In this document: positions 40,045 through 49,492 of the stretch, in pieces
How positions within the stretch are numbered: position 1 is the stretch's first letter
Layout: every line of letters starts with the position of its first letter
Source: Candidatus Latescibacterota bacterium
GTDB lineage: Bacteria > Latescibacterota > UBA2968 > UBA8231
DNA length: 64,000 nt
NCBI GenBank assembly: GCA_965200315.1
Contig: OZ241362.1
Coordinates: forward strand, 1,024,001-1,088,000
Reading direction: 5' to 3'
The notes under the pieces: generated by a model
The model's input: only the letters and a program-made list of their open reading frames with translations
Databases searched by the model: none
Told to the model about the DNA's origin: nothing
Made by a program: the position numbers and the translations under genes

Positions 40045-40396
40045 GGATGCTTGCCTTCCCGTTTTCTATTTCATTGCGGCGTTGTACCGCCGTATTATAG
40101 GCTTCCGTAGGTCTATACCGAGCGTCCTTGTGTATGCAGCCGCAGAGCAATGTCAATTGTCTATCGGAAGGAACGTAACAAAATATCCGATGCGGAACTC
40201 TATTTTCGCCTCACCAACGCGCCTCCTATAACGCACGAAATTTCTTGAAATGCGGCGGTTGAAGCCGGTTGAGTTGTCGGGCGATGCGCCAGAATCGGTC
40301 GGCTCTCGCTCTGTTTTTCACTGATAACTCTCCATACCATTCCGATACAACAGGGCACTTCCCTGACGTACTCTGATATTCCCGGAGGTTCCACAT
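40028..40396 (-). pseudogene. RelE/HigB (Gp49-like) toxin with two in-frame stops
   Basis: Manual translation MWNLREYQSTSGKCPVVSEWYGELS..HFKKFRAL*EARW*GENRVPHRIFCY..LTLLCGCIHKD..AYNTAVQRRNEI; TAG 40226-40228, TGA 40211-40213; overlaps the HTH start by 17 nt. Confidence 0.75.
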
Positions 40397-40460
40397 CCTC
40401 AATTATCACTTTTTTGTGATAATCGTCAATTTTCGTCTAATCTGCAAGCACGGGTTCCGC

Positions 40461-41495
40461 TCACCCCTGCGGCATAAACATCAGCTTGATCCCCTCCTGC
40501 CCCTCGGCCATGTCAAAGGCCCGCTGCCATTCGCGCAAGGCAAAGTGGTGGGTGATCAGCTTTTCGCTGGGAATAAAGCCCCGCTCGAAAAGCCGCAGCG
40601 CCCGCTTCCAAGCCGGTCGCCGCTGCCCAATGCCGCCAGAGACTTGAAGCTCGTTGTAGGCGATCTTCTCGAAGTCGATCTCCACCGGCGCACCCGGCAG
40701 GCCCATCTGGGAAAAGCGGCCCCGCTTGCGCACCAGTTCCAAGGCCAACCGCATAGCCGGTGCCACCCCCGCGCACTCGACCACCACGTCGGCCCCATAA
40801 CCGCCGGTCAACTCGCGCACCCGCGCCACCGGGTCGCCGGCCGTAATATCGATCGCGTGTTGTACGCCCAGTTCCTCGGCCAGTCGTAGCCGCTCGGTAT
40901 CCCGCTCCGTGCCGCAGAGAATCACCGTCCCCCCCTCGGCCAGCGCCACCAACGCCGAGAATAGCCCCACCGGCCCAGGCCCGGTGATGGCGACAAAATC
41001 CCCGGCCGTCACGCCGGCCTGCTCGATGACCGAATGCACGCAGCAGGCCAACAGCTCGGTCAGGGCACCGGCTTCAAACCCCACGCCCTCGGGCAGCTTG
41101 TGGACAAACGTCGCATTGCAGTAGGGCGCGAAGCAGCCGTGGTGCCAGTAGCCCATGACCTTGCGCTCGGGGCACAGGTTGTAGTGCTCGCTCAGGCAGT
41201 AGTCGCAGGCGCCGCAGATGTACACGCTCGGCTCGCCGGTCACGCGGTCGCCCACCTGCACGTGGTCGCCGACCTCTGCGCCCTTTTCTACCACCACGCC
41301 GCTGAACTCGTGGCCCATGACGACCGGCGTCTGGATGTTGTAGTTGATGGTATCGCGGTACACGTGGAGGTCCGATCCGCAAATCCCGGTGGCCTGCACC
41401 TCGACCTTCACCTGATTGGGGCCGGGCGGCGCGTCTGCTAGGTCGCGCAGCTCGACAAATCCGTCGCCCCGCTGGTATTTGACCACTCCCTGCAT
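40461..41495 (-). CDS. Zinc-dependent alcohol/sorbitol dehydrogenase family
   Basis: GICGSDLH, GHEFSG, CGACDYC..C, GPGPVG. Confidence 0.92.
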   Translation of the reverse strand: MQGVVKYQRGDGFVELRDLADAPPGPNQVKVEVQATGICGSDLHVYRDTINYNIQTPVVMGHEFSGVVVEKGAEVGDHVQVGDRVTGEPSVYICGACDYCLSEHYNLCPERKVMGYWHHGCFAPYCNATFVHKLPEGVGFEAGALTELLACCVHSVIEQAGVTAGDFVAITGPGPVGLFSALVALAEGGTVILCGTERDTERLRLAEELGVQHAIDITAGDPVARVRELTGGYGADVVVECAGVAPAMRLALELVRKRGRFSQMGLPGAPVEIDFEKIAYNELQVSGGIGQRRPAWKRALRLFERGFIPSEKLITHHFALREWQRAFDMAEGQEGIKLMFMPQG

Positions 41496-41497
41496 CG

Positions 41498-42508
41498 CTA
41501 TTCTCCTTCGGCTAATTCGAGCCGGTCGCCCGCCTTGATCTCTCCGCTGGCGCGGATCACTCGCAAGCTGGCGAGCCGGGTGCTGATGATTTCGGTGACT
41601 TCGACGAGGGCAACCGACTCTTCGGGGGCCAGCTCCTCGGCCTTGATCCGCTCGTTGCTCGGATAGACGAAAAAGCGCAATCGCGGGCGTATGCCGTGCG
41701 CGCTGCCGATATTGGCGTAAATATCCTCGCTGTACACGGCGATGACCTCGGGCGCATCGCCCTCAAACACCAAGCCCTCGGGCTCAAAAGCAGCAACTAC
41801 CTTGTGTACCAGCTCGCCTACGGCCTCGACCGTCGCTTGGCCCAACAGGGTCTGGCGAAACGCCTCCGAGCCGAACGCTACCTCCTTTAAGCTGGCAAAT
41901 TGCAAGTCCTGCTCGCGCGGCTTGCCCAATAGGTCGAGCCCTACGTCGCGGTCGGTGAGATCGCGCTGGGCCTCGGCCTGACCGACCGCGCTGCCGTCGT
42001 CAACGCGCGCAATTTCGACGCGCATCTGCGCCACGGCCGAATAGGATTTGTAGCCTCCCACCAAGGGATCCCCCACCGACAGGCGGCGCATATCGTAGTC
42101 TTGCAACAGGCCCATAATGACGAAATCGGCCGCTAGCTGGCGGCCGATCGATAGGGCCTGATCGTGGCTGGCAAACCCCGACTCCAGCGCCAACTCGGCA
42201 ACCGCGTCAAAAGGGACGACCTCCCAATTGCGACCGGCCACTAGCTCCGCGCTGAGCATGTTGGCCAACTCGTATTCGATGTTCCACACGCCCTCGCGAA
42301 ACCCCGACTTATCGACAAACGGCACCACGGCCACAAAGTCGGGCCGCGGGCCAGAGCCATAGCGCTGGCGCACCTCCAAGTACTGCTCTAATGCGCTCGG
42401 CGGTGGGGGAGGCGGCTCGGATTTCTGCCATTCGTCCGGCCCTCCCTCAGGAGAGGTCAGCGGGGCGCAACTACACCACAAAAGAAATGCAATAGTCCAT
42501 TTTTTCAT
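41498..42508 (-). CDS. Lipoprotein with CsgG/TolB-N-like domain and FlgT C-terminal-like domain
   Basis: Signal peptide with Cys; VAVVPFVDKS..IGRQLAADFVIMG; IYANIGSAHGI..IKAGDRL. Confidence 0.6.
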   Translation of the reverse strand: MKKWTIAFLLWCSCAPLTSPEGGPDEWQKSEPPPPPPSALEQYLEVRQRYGSGPRPDFVAVVPFVDKSGFREGVWNIEYELANMLSAELVAGRNWEVVPFDAVAELALESGFASHDQALSIGRQLAADFVIMGLLQDYDMRRLSVGDPLVGGYKSYSAVAQMRVEIARVDDGSAVGQAEAQRDLTDRDVGLDLLGKPREQDLQFASLKEVAFGSEAFRQTLLGQATVEAVGELVHKVVAAFEPEGLVFEGDAPEVIAVYSEDIYANIGSAHGIRPRLRFFVYPSNERIKAEELAPEESVALVEVTEIISTRLASLRVIRASGEIKAGDRLELAEGE

Positions 42509-42600
42509 TGCGAATTCCACCAAGAAAAAGCGCGGTCCTACCGAGTGGCATAAAAAGCGACCTGCCCAGTTCTATGTCAACGCGCAGCGCAGCGCACATC

Positions 42601-42629
42601 TTGACAGTGTTTTTCCTCGACGATACGTT
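42601..42629 (+). promoter_or_regulatory. Sigma70 promoter of addB-addA
   Basis: TTGACA-N17-TACGTT, about 40 bp upstream of the ATG. Confidence 0.5.
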
Positions 42630-42668
42630 GCCAGCGTACCCGTCCACGCCACTTCCAACCTGCTGCTC

Positions 42669-45600
42669 ATGGGCGAACTAACCCTCATCTACGGCCCGGC
42701 CCATCCCTATAAGGCGTCGCCCGCGTACGAGCGCTGCTCGACGCACCTCGACACCGGCGACAGCGAGTCCTTCCTCTGGCTCTTTCCAACCCACTTCCAA
42801 GCCCAACTCATGCGGCGGCAGCTCATCCGCGCCAGCCGCACCGGCCTGCTCACCGGGCACTTGGCCCTCGATCTAAACAGTTTCATCGACATGCTCTATA
42901 GCCTATGTCCCGAGCGGCGACCGGCCCTGCCCCTCAGCGCACAGCGGCTCTTAGTCGAAGACGCCCTCGCCGCCAGCGCGGCTAGCGCACCCTATTACAG
43001 CCGCCAACCCGAGCGGCTGAGCCGGGGGCTGACTCAGTTGTTCCGCCGGTTAGAAGAAACGGGCACCCAGCCGAGCGACCTAGGGAGAACAACCCAGCGC
43101 AGCGCGGAATTGCAGGTCCTTTACGCGGCCTACTTGGAGCGGCTCGCGGCTGGCTGGAGCGGGAGCCGCGAGCGTTTTGTCGCTGTGGATGCCCACCTCG
43201 ACCGCTCGGCACTCGCCCAGCGTTTCCCCGGCCTCGGCCTGCTCGTGCTCTGCGGCTTTGTAGAAATGCCCGCACCTTTTTTGCCCGTGCTGGAAAAGCT
43301 GCTGGCCCTCGTTCCAGAGTCCATCGCGCTGCTCGATTACGACGAAGGGCCTCGTTTTTTTGCCCGCACACGGCCCCTATACGAATTTCTCCGCGCCCGC
43401 GCCGGCCGCGTCGAGCGCAGCGCCGCCGGCCAACACCCAGCCGCTGCATTCTCCGGCCGCCTCTTCACCCACAGTCGCGCTAGTCTCGACGTGCCCGTAG
43501 AGCGGGTCGCCTGCCCGGACCGAGTCGGCGAAGTAACGGCCATGGCCCGCCGCATCCGCCAGTTGCATCAGGAGCAAGGAATCGAGCTAGCGCAGATTCG
43601 CATGGGCTTCCGCAATCTCGACACTTATGCCGAGCTCGTGGCCGAAGTGCTGCCGCGCCACGGCCTGCCTTTTTACCTCGCACGCGGGCGGCCCCTTGCC
43701 ACAGCACCCGCCATGAACACCGTTTTCGCGCTGATCGACGCGGTGTTAGAGGGCTACAGCCGCGCCGCGCTCTTCCGCCTACTCAGCTTACCTTTGGTGC
43801 GGCTGCGCTATTCATTCTCAGACCAAACCAGCACGCTTTCTGCCGCGGACTTTGCTGCGTGGACTCGCAACGTTCCATCGTCGCCCGGGCGCGGAACTTG
43901 GCTCGCCGCCATCGAAAGCAACTTCGCCTATTTAGAGAGCGAACTAGGCCGAGAAGGCGAACCGTTCTCCGAAGACATCGACGTTTTTCCCACTCGGCGC
44001 GAGGACCTGCTCGCCGAATTGGAAGCCCTCCAGCCCCTGAAAGTTAGCCTAACCGCGCTCTTTGATTTACTCCAGCCCTTGGAACGCCGCCAAGACCTGC
44101 CCTCCTTCCGCCAGCATGTGCTCCACGCCCTCAGCGCATTGGGCGCAGAGGACGCCCTTGCGGATGGGGCGGCAGCAGACGGCCAAGCCCTAGCGCGCTT
44201 CTTGGAGCTGCTCGACGAACTGTGCGCACCAGCCGCAGCCCTCCAGCCCCGCACCCTGAGCCAGTTCGCCAATCTACTGCGCGACGCGATTTCCCAAGCG
44301 CATGTCCCCGCTGCCACGCGCGCTGGCATTCAAGTGACCGACCTCGCCGCAGCAGGTAGCGCACCTTGCGATTACCTTTTCATCGGCGGGTTGGTGCAAG
44401 GCGAATTCCCCCGCTTGCCGCCAACCGATATTTTCCTCGAAGAAACCCAGCGCCGCGCCCTGCACCTCGACGATGATGCCACCACCGAGGCCGAGCGTTT
44501 GCTGTTCTACCGCGCCGTATGCACACCGCGCCGCGGCCTCGGCGTCTTCTACCCCAAACAGTCGGGCAGCGAGACGCTCGCCCCCTCGCCCTTTGTCGCT
44601 GAGTTAGACGGCCTACTCGCCTCACAACCTTCTCAGTGCGAAGCGGCTGCCGCGCCGGGGACCTCGGCCGAGCTGCACCTCGCCTTGGGCCGCGGCCTGT
44701 GCGCAGCACGTGCCTCCGACTCAGCGCACGACGCCCTCGCCCTCTATAGCCAAGCCTCACAGCTCGACGGCCACGCCACCGCGCTACGCCACCTCGTGCG
44801 CGGCTTGCACAGCGCCGAACAGCGCACGATCCCCGAGCGTCTCGGCAGCCACGAAGGCGTCCTCGACGAGGTCTCGCTGCTCGACGCGCTGCGCACCCGC
44901 CTCGGCGCGGGCTATTCTTTCTCCGCGACCCAATTAGAGCTATACGGCCGCTGCCCCTTCCGGTTTTTTGCCCAAGAACTGCTCAACCTCCAGCCCCTCC
45001 GCGACCCGCAAGAAGACGACTCGGCACTCAAGCGCGGCACCCTCGTCCACCGCATCCTCTATCGTTTCTATGCGGCCCACGGCGAAGCAGCCGAACGCGC
45101 GGAAAACTTAACTGAAAACATCGTAGAACTGCGCCGACAAGGCCGCCAAGTCGCTGAGGAAATGAAGCTTACGGGCTTTTTCTCGGAGCGGGAATTAGAG
45201 CTCCTGCTCGGGGCCGACGACGGGGAGCGCGAGGGCGTCTTGCCGCACTTCCTGCGCCTGCAAGCGGCTGCGGCTACCCCGGCCGTGCCAACCCATTTTG
45301 AACTGAGCTTTGGCAGCTACCCTGGCATGGGAGAAGGCGACCCGCAGTCGACCACCACGCCATATGCCATCGGCGACCCAGAGACCGGGGACGAGGTGCG
45401 GCTCTCCGGCAAAATAGACCGCATCGACCGCACGGCCGATGGCCGCTTCGTCGTCTTCGACTACAAGACTGGCCGCATGCCATCGCTAGCCGATATTGAC
45501 GCCGGCCTCAACCTCCAGCTTCCGCTTTACTTGCTGGCGGCTGAATCCCTGTTCGGGGAACTCGGGCTGTACCAAGGGGCTGGGGCGGCGTACCTAATGC

Positions 45601-45875
45601 TCCGCGACCTAGAGGACTGCGGCCGCCGCGGGTTATTCGCCGATGCCACCCATCGCAATACGGCCTATGTCGCCAGCGGCCGCCACGGCATCTACAACCA
45701 CGAGGCGTATCGCCAGCGCCTCGACGAGGTGCGTGGTTTCGTCCTTTCTTACACCCGGGCCATGCGCCGTGGCATATTCCACGTCACCCCCCACGACCCG
45801 GACAAAATCTGCCCCCATTGCCCTTATCAACAAAGCTGCCGCCTCGATCCCCAGCGCATGAGGGCCTTGTCGTGA
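42669..45875 (+). CDS. addB: AddB-like helicase-nuclease subunit (inactive helicase fold + PD-(D/E)XK nuclease with Fe-S cysteines)
   Basis: FSATQLELYGRCPFRFF, RGTLVHRIL, GKIDRID..FDYKTG, QLPLY, CPHCPYQQSC. Confidence 0.85.
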   Translation: MGELTLIYGPAHPYKASPAYERCSTHLDTGDSESFLWLFPTHFQAQLMRRQLIRASRTGLLTGHLALDLNSFIDMLYSLCPERRPALPLSAQRLLVEDALAASAASAPYYSRQPERLSRGLTQLFRRLEETGTQPSDLGRTTQRSAELQVLYAAYLERLAAGWSGSRERFVAVDAHLDRSALAQRFPGLGLLVLCGFVEMPAPFLPVLEKLLALVPESIALLDYDEGPRFFARTRPLYEFLRARAGRVERSAAGQHPAAAFSGRLFTHSRASLDVPVERVACPDRVGEVTAMARRIRQLHQEQGIELAQIRMGFRNLDTYAELVAEVLPRHGLPFYLARGRPLATAPAMNTVFALIDAVLEGYSRAALFRLLSLPLVRLRYSFSDQTSTLSAADFAAWTRNVPSSPGRGTWLAAIESNFAYLESELGREGEPFSEDIDVFPTRREDLLAELEALQPLKVSLTALFDLLQPLERRQDLPSFRQHVLHALSALGAEDALADGAAADGQALARFLELLDELCAPAAALQPRTLSQFANLLRDAISQAHVPAATRAGIQVTDLAAAGSAPCDYLFIGGLVQGEFPRLPPTDIFLEETQRRALHLDDDATTEAERLLFYRAVCTPRRGLGVFYPKQSGSETLAPSPFVAELDGLLASQPSQCEAAAAPGTSAELHLALGRGLCAARASDSAHDALALYSQASQLDGHATALRHLVRGLHSAEQRTIPERLGSHEGVLDEVSLLDALRTRLGAGYSFSATQLELYGRCPFRFFAQELLNLQPLRDPQEDDSALKRGTLVHRILYRFYAAHGEAAERAENLTENIVELRRQGRQVAEEMKLTGFFSERELELLLGADDGEREGVLPHFLRLQAAAATPAVPTHFELSFGSYPGMGEGDPQSTTTPYAIGDPETGDEVRLSGKIDRIDRTADGRFVVFDYKTGRMPSLADIDAGLNLQLPLYLLAAESLFGELGLYQGAGAAYLMLRDLEDCGRRGLFADATHRNTAYVASGRHGIYNHEAYRQRLDEVRGFVLSYTRAMRRGIFHVTPHDPDKICPHCPYQQSCRLDPQRMRALS

Positions 45876-48800
45876 AGCGCGCCGTCCCCCTGACTCCCGT
45901 CCAGCGCATGGCTCTCGACAGCCAGCGCAATATCGCGGTCACGGCCAGCGCCGGTGCCGGCAAGACCGCAACCTTAGTCGAGCGCTACATCGAACTGTTG
46001 CGCCAGCATCCCAAAATCGGCGTGCGCCACGTGCTGGCCATCACGTTTACCCAAAAGGCCGCGGCGGAAATGCGCGAGCGCATCGCCCGCCGGCTGTCCG
46101 ACGCCCTCGACCAAGAGCTGCCCGAGCCAGAGCGGCAGCGCTTGCGGCAAATCCGCGAAGACCTGCCCGCCGCGCGCATTTCCACCATCCACGCTTTCTG
46201 CGCGGCCCTGCTGCGCGAGTATCCCATTGAAGCGGATGTGGACCCGGCCTTCGCGGTCTTAGAGGGAGTAGATGCGGCGCAACTCCGACATCAAGCCGTG
46301 CGCCAAACCTTAGAGACCCTAGCTCGCGTACGCGACTCCGACCCAGACAAAGGAGCCTTGCGACGCACCTTAGCCGAATGGCCGCGCCGCTATCTCGAAC
46401 AAGTCTTGGAATACCTGCTCGAGAAAAAACATCGCGCCCGCCTGTGGTGCCGCCACTACGCTGAGCAATCACCGGACCAAATCCTCAGCGACTGGCGCGG
46501 GATGCAGCAAACGACCTGCGCCCCCGCTTGCCATGCCCTACTCGATGACACCCAATTCACCGCCATGCTCTCAGAGCTTGCCGCGCTCGCGCCCCTCACC
46601 GCCGCGAGCGACTCGGCTGTCGAGCGACTAAATCCGCTCCGCGATTTCATGCGCCGGCTGAGCCAAGCACCCCCGCTCGACGAAGCGCTAGAGATTCTTC
46701 CAAGTCTAGCCAAAGGTCTTTTGACCAATGGCAAACCCCTAAAAGGCAGCCGGCTGGGCAAGAAATCCAATTGGGAGGAAGCCACACTCGCCCGCGTCCG
46801 CGAGCTCGTGCCCGCCTTGGGGCACTGCTTGGCCCCGCACACCAACCTCCTCAGCCTCGAACTCAGTGCGGCCGACGAGCGCGCCGCCGCTGTGTTGCCC
46901 GCCCTGTCGCGCGTCTTCCTCCGCGCCGATGCGCGCTATGAGAACAGCAAAGGCAACGGCAGTGCGCTGGACATGGATGACCTCCTAGAGAAAACCCACC
47001 AGCTCATCGCGGCCGACGCGGGCATCCGCCACCGCTTGGCCCAACACTATCGCTTCGCACTGATCGACGAATTCCAAGACACCGACCCCTTGCAGTGGGA
47101 AATCATCCGCTCGCTGGCGGCACCGGGCGGACAAATGGCCGGCGACAAGCTCTTCATCGTCGGCGACCCCAAGCAGTCGATTTACTCGTTCCGCGCGGCT
47201 GATGTCACCGTCTTCGCCCGCGTACGCGACGCCATTGCGGAGGCCAATGCCGCGCACGAGCGCGAATCTCGGCCCTTTCGCGACGACGGCGAGGTCCTCG
47301 ACGCCTCCCCCGCCCAGCGGCTTGGCACTCTCGTCATGGGCGAAAATTTCCGCACTCTCGCCCAGCCCGTTGCCTTTGTCAACGCACTCTTTCCCCAGTT
47401 TATGCAGGCGATCCCAGACGAGCCTTTCCAAGTCGGCTACGACCCGCTCATCGGGTGCCGCCCTGCCGATGTAAGCGAGGGTTCGGTCGAGCTGTTGCTT
47501 TTGCCGCCGGACGATAGCCGCGACTCGACAGAGACCGCACGGTGCGAAGCCCAGTTGGTCGCTCGCCGCCTGAGCCGCCTTTTGGCGGGCAACGACCTGC
47601 AAGTCGCCGACCAAGACGGCTTGCGCCCACCCTGCCCCGGCGACATCGCCTTACTCCTGCGCCGCCGCCGCTATCTCTCCGCGTACGAAGACGCGCTGCG
47701 GGCCTGCGGCATCCCTTTCCAAGTAGCCGGCGGCCAAGGCTTTTACCAGCGCCAAGAAATCTACGATCTAGCCAACATTCTCCGCGTCCTGTGCAACTCT
47801 GGCGACAGCATCGCCCTGATGGGCGCGTTGCGCTCCCCGTACTTCGGTCTTTCGGATAACGCCCTGTACGCGCTGACCGCGCCCGACGGCAGTCGGCTCG
47901 CCAAGAATCTCGCGGACGCGAATCAGCGCCAGCGGCTCGCCCCGGCCGACCAAGAGGCCGCCACAGATGCCGTCCTCCGACTCCAGTGCTGGGGAAAACT
48001 GCGCGACCGCGTACCCCTCGTCGAGCTTTTGCACACCATCCTCGAAGACACCGGAGCTTGGGGCTTTCTCTGCTATGGCGAGCGCGGCGAGCAGGCCGTG
48101 GCCAACGTGCATAAGCTCCTCGACCTCGCCCGCCAATTCCGCGGCCCCCTCGCCGATTTTGTGGTTCGCCTCGATTTGTTGACTAATGCAGAAGAACAAG
48201 AAGGCGAAGCCCTCCTCGACGCGGATGCTTTGCACATCCTGACCGTCCATGCGGCCAAGGGCTTGGAATTTCCCATCGTCGTCGTGCCCGATTTGGCCGC
48301 ACGGTTTAACCTTCAAAACAGCGCCCCCGCGCTCATCGACGCGGAAAAGGGCCTCGGCTTGCGCGTCCTCGACCCCGAGCAGGATTACAAAAGGACCTCC
48401 TCCTTTATCCGCACCCTCATCAATCGCAACGCGGGCCGCCGCCAGCGGGCCGAAGAGAAGCGCCTGTTGTACGTGGCTTGTACCCGCGCCCGCGACCACT
48501 TGCTGCTCGGCGGCGCGTTGACCGACAAGCACTTTCCCGCCGACCTCGACGCGGCTGGGGACTGTCTCGGTTGGATTTGCGGCAGCCTAGCCCTGACAGA
48601 GGACGACCTCGCCCGCGGCAGCAAAGCGGTTGCAGGCGTACCATCCCCCTTGCCCATCCACACCGACCCCAGTGCGTTCCCAGCCACCGCGCCCGCTGAC
48701 CACCGGGCCGAGCCAGCCTTTCGCGCCCTCAACACCGCGCCCTCACCAGCAGCAGACCCCGCGTTGGAGCTGCTCTCGCCGCTCGACGATAACCAAGACC

Positions 48801-49492
48801 GGCCCGAATTTGCCGCCCGCGAGTTGGTCCTCTTCGCCGCGGACCCAGCCGAGCACCATCGCCAGTACGTGCTGGGCTTGCCGGCGTGGCCCCTCGGCCA
48901 AGTAGATGCGCCCCGTCGCCGCGCCATGCTCTTTGGCCAGCTCGCCCACGCTGGTCTAGAGGCCCTGAGCAACAGCCCAGACGCCGACCCCGCGGCCCTC
49001 GCCGCCGACCTCGTCGCGGCCGTCGCGTTGCCCTTAGCATCCTATCGCGCCTCATTTGAACGCGAGTTAGCCGCCCTGTTGCGCCGCTGTCGCCAATCGC
49101 CCTTAGCTACTGAGGAAGCCCGCACTGAAGTGCGCTTTACCCTCTTGCTCGATCTCGGTTTAATACACGGAGTAGTCGATTACATAGGACGCGGCGCCGA
49201 CGGACTGTGGGAACTAGTCGATTACAAGACCGGCCACCGTGCGAATCCAGACGAAGCAGTACAGCGCTACCAACTCCAGTTGGAAATCTACGCCCTCTGC
49301 TTGCAGGCCCTCCACCCGGACCAAGGCGAATACCGCGCGACGCTGTACATCACCGACTTCGGCGAAGTGCGTCGCGTGCGCTTCACACCAGCCGATCTAG
49401 CCGCGGTGCGCACCCGCCTCGACGACCTCACCGCCCAGCTCATTGCAGCCAAAGCCAAAGCAAGCGGATCGCTGCTCGCCGGCATGCTATGA
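45872..49492 (+). CDS. addA: AddA-like UvrD helicase/nuclease
   Basis: ASAGAGKT, ITFTQKAAAEM, STIHAF, IDEFQDT, VGDPKQSIYSFR, TVHAAKGLEF, LLYVACTRA, GVVD..VDYKTG; GTGA overlap with addB. Confidence 0.9.
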   Translation: MKRAVPLTPVQRMALDSQRNIAVTASAGAGKTATLVERYIELLRQHPKIGVRHVLAITFTQKAAAEMRERIARRLSDALDQELPEPERQRLRQIREDLPAARISTIHAFCAALLREYPIEADVDPAFAVLEGVDAAQLRHQAVRQTLETLARVRDSDPDKGALRRTLAEWPRRYLEQVLEYLLEKKHRARLWCRHYAEQSPDQILSDWRGMQQTTCAPACHALLDDTQFTAMLSELAALAPLTAASDSAVERLNPLRDFMRRLSQAPPLDEALEILPSLAKGLLTNGKPLKGSRLGKKSNWEEATLARVRELVPALGHCLAPHTNLLSLELSAADERAAAVLPALSRVFLRADARYENSKGNGSALDMDDLLEKTHQLIAADAGIRHRLAQHYRFALIDEFQDTDPLQWEIIRSLAAPGGQMAGDKLFIVGDPKQSIYSFRAADVTVFARVRDAIAEANAAHERESRPFRDDGEVLDASPAQRLGTLVMGENFRTLAQPVAFVNALFPQFMQAIPDEPFQVGYDPLIGCRPADVSEGSVELLLLPPDDSRDSTETARCEAQLVARRLSRLLAGNDLQVADQDGLRPPCPGDIALLLRRRRYLSAYEDALRACGIPFQVAGGQGFYQRQEIYDLANILRVLCNSGDSIALMGALRSPYFGLSDNALYALTAPDGSRLAKNLADANQRQRLAPADQEAATDAVLRLQCWGKLRDRVPLVELLHTILEDTGAWGFLCYGERGEQAVANVHKLLDLARQFRGPLADFVVRLDLLTNAEEQEGEALLDADALHILTVHAAKGLEFPIVVVPDLAARFNLQNSAPALIDAEKGLGLRVLDPEQDYKRTSSFIRTLINRNAGRRQRAEEKRLLYVACTRARDHLLLGGALTDKHFPADLDAAGDCLGWICGSLALTEDDLARGSKAVAGVPSPLPIHTDPSAFPATAPADHRAEPAFRALNTAPSPAADPALELLSPLDDNQDRPEFAARELVLFAADPAEHHRQYVLGLPAWPLGQVDAPRRRAMLFGQLAHAGLEALSNSPDADPAALAADLVAAVALPLASYRASFERELAALLRRCRQSPLATEEARTEVRFTLLLDLGLIHGVVDYIGRGADGLWELVDYKTGHRANPDEAVQRYQLQLEIYALCLQALHPDQGEYRATLYITDFGEVRRVRFTPADLAAVRTRLDDLTAQLIAAKAKASGSLLAGML

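Noticed and set aside
40211-40228. Stop-codon readthrough or recoding in the higB-like gene
   Set aside because: Two different stops (TAG, TGA) five codons apart, and both are normal terminators elsewhere in the window; pseudogenisation is simpler.
28580-40460. Defence island as a prophage or ICE
   Set aside because: No integrase, tRNA target, att repeats, or phage/conjugation genes seen.
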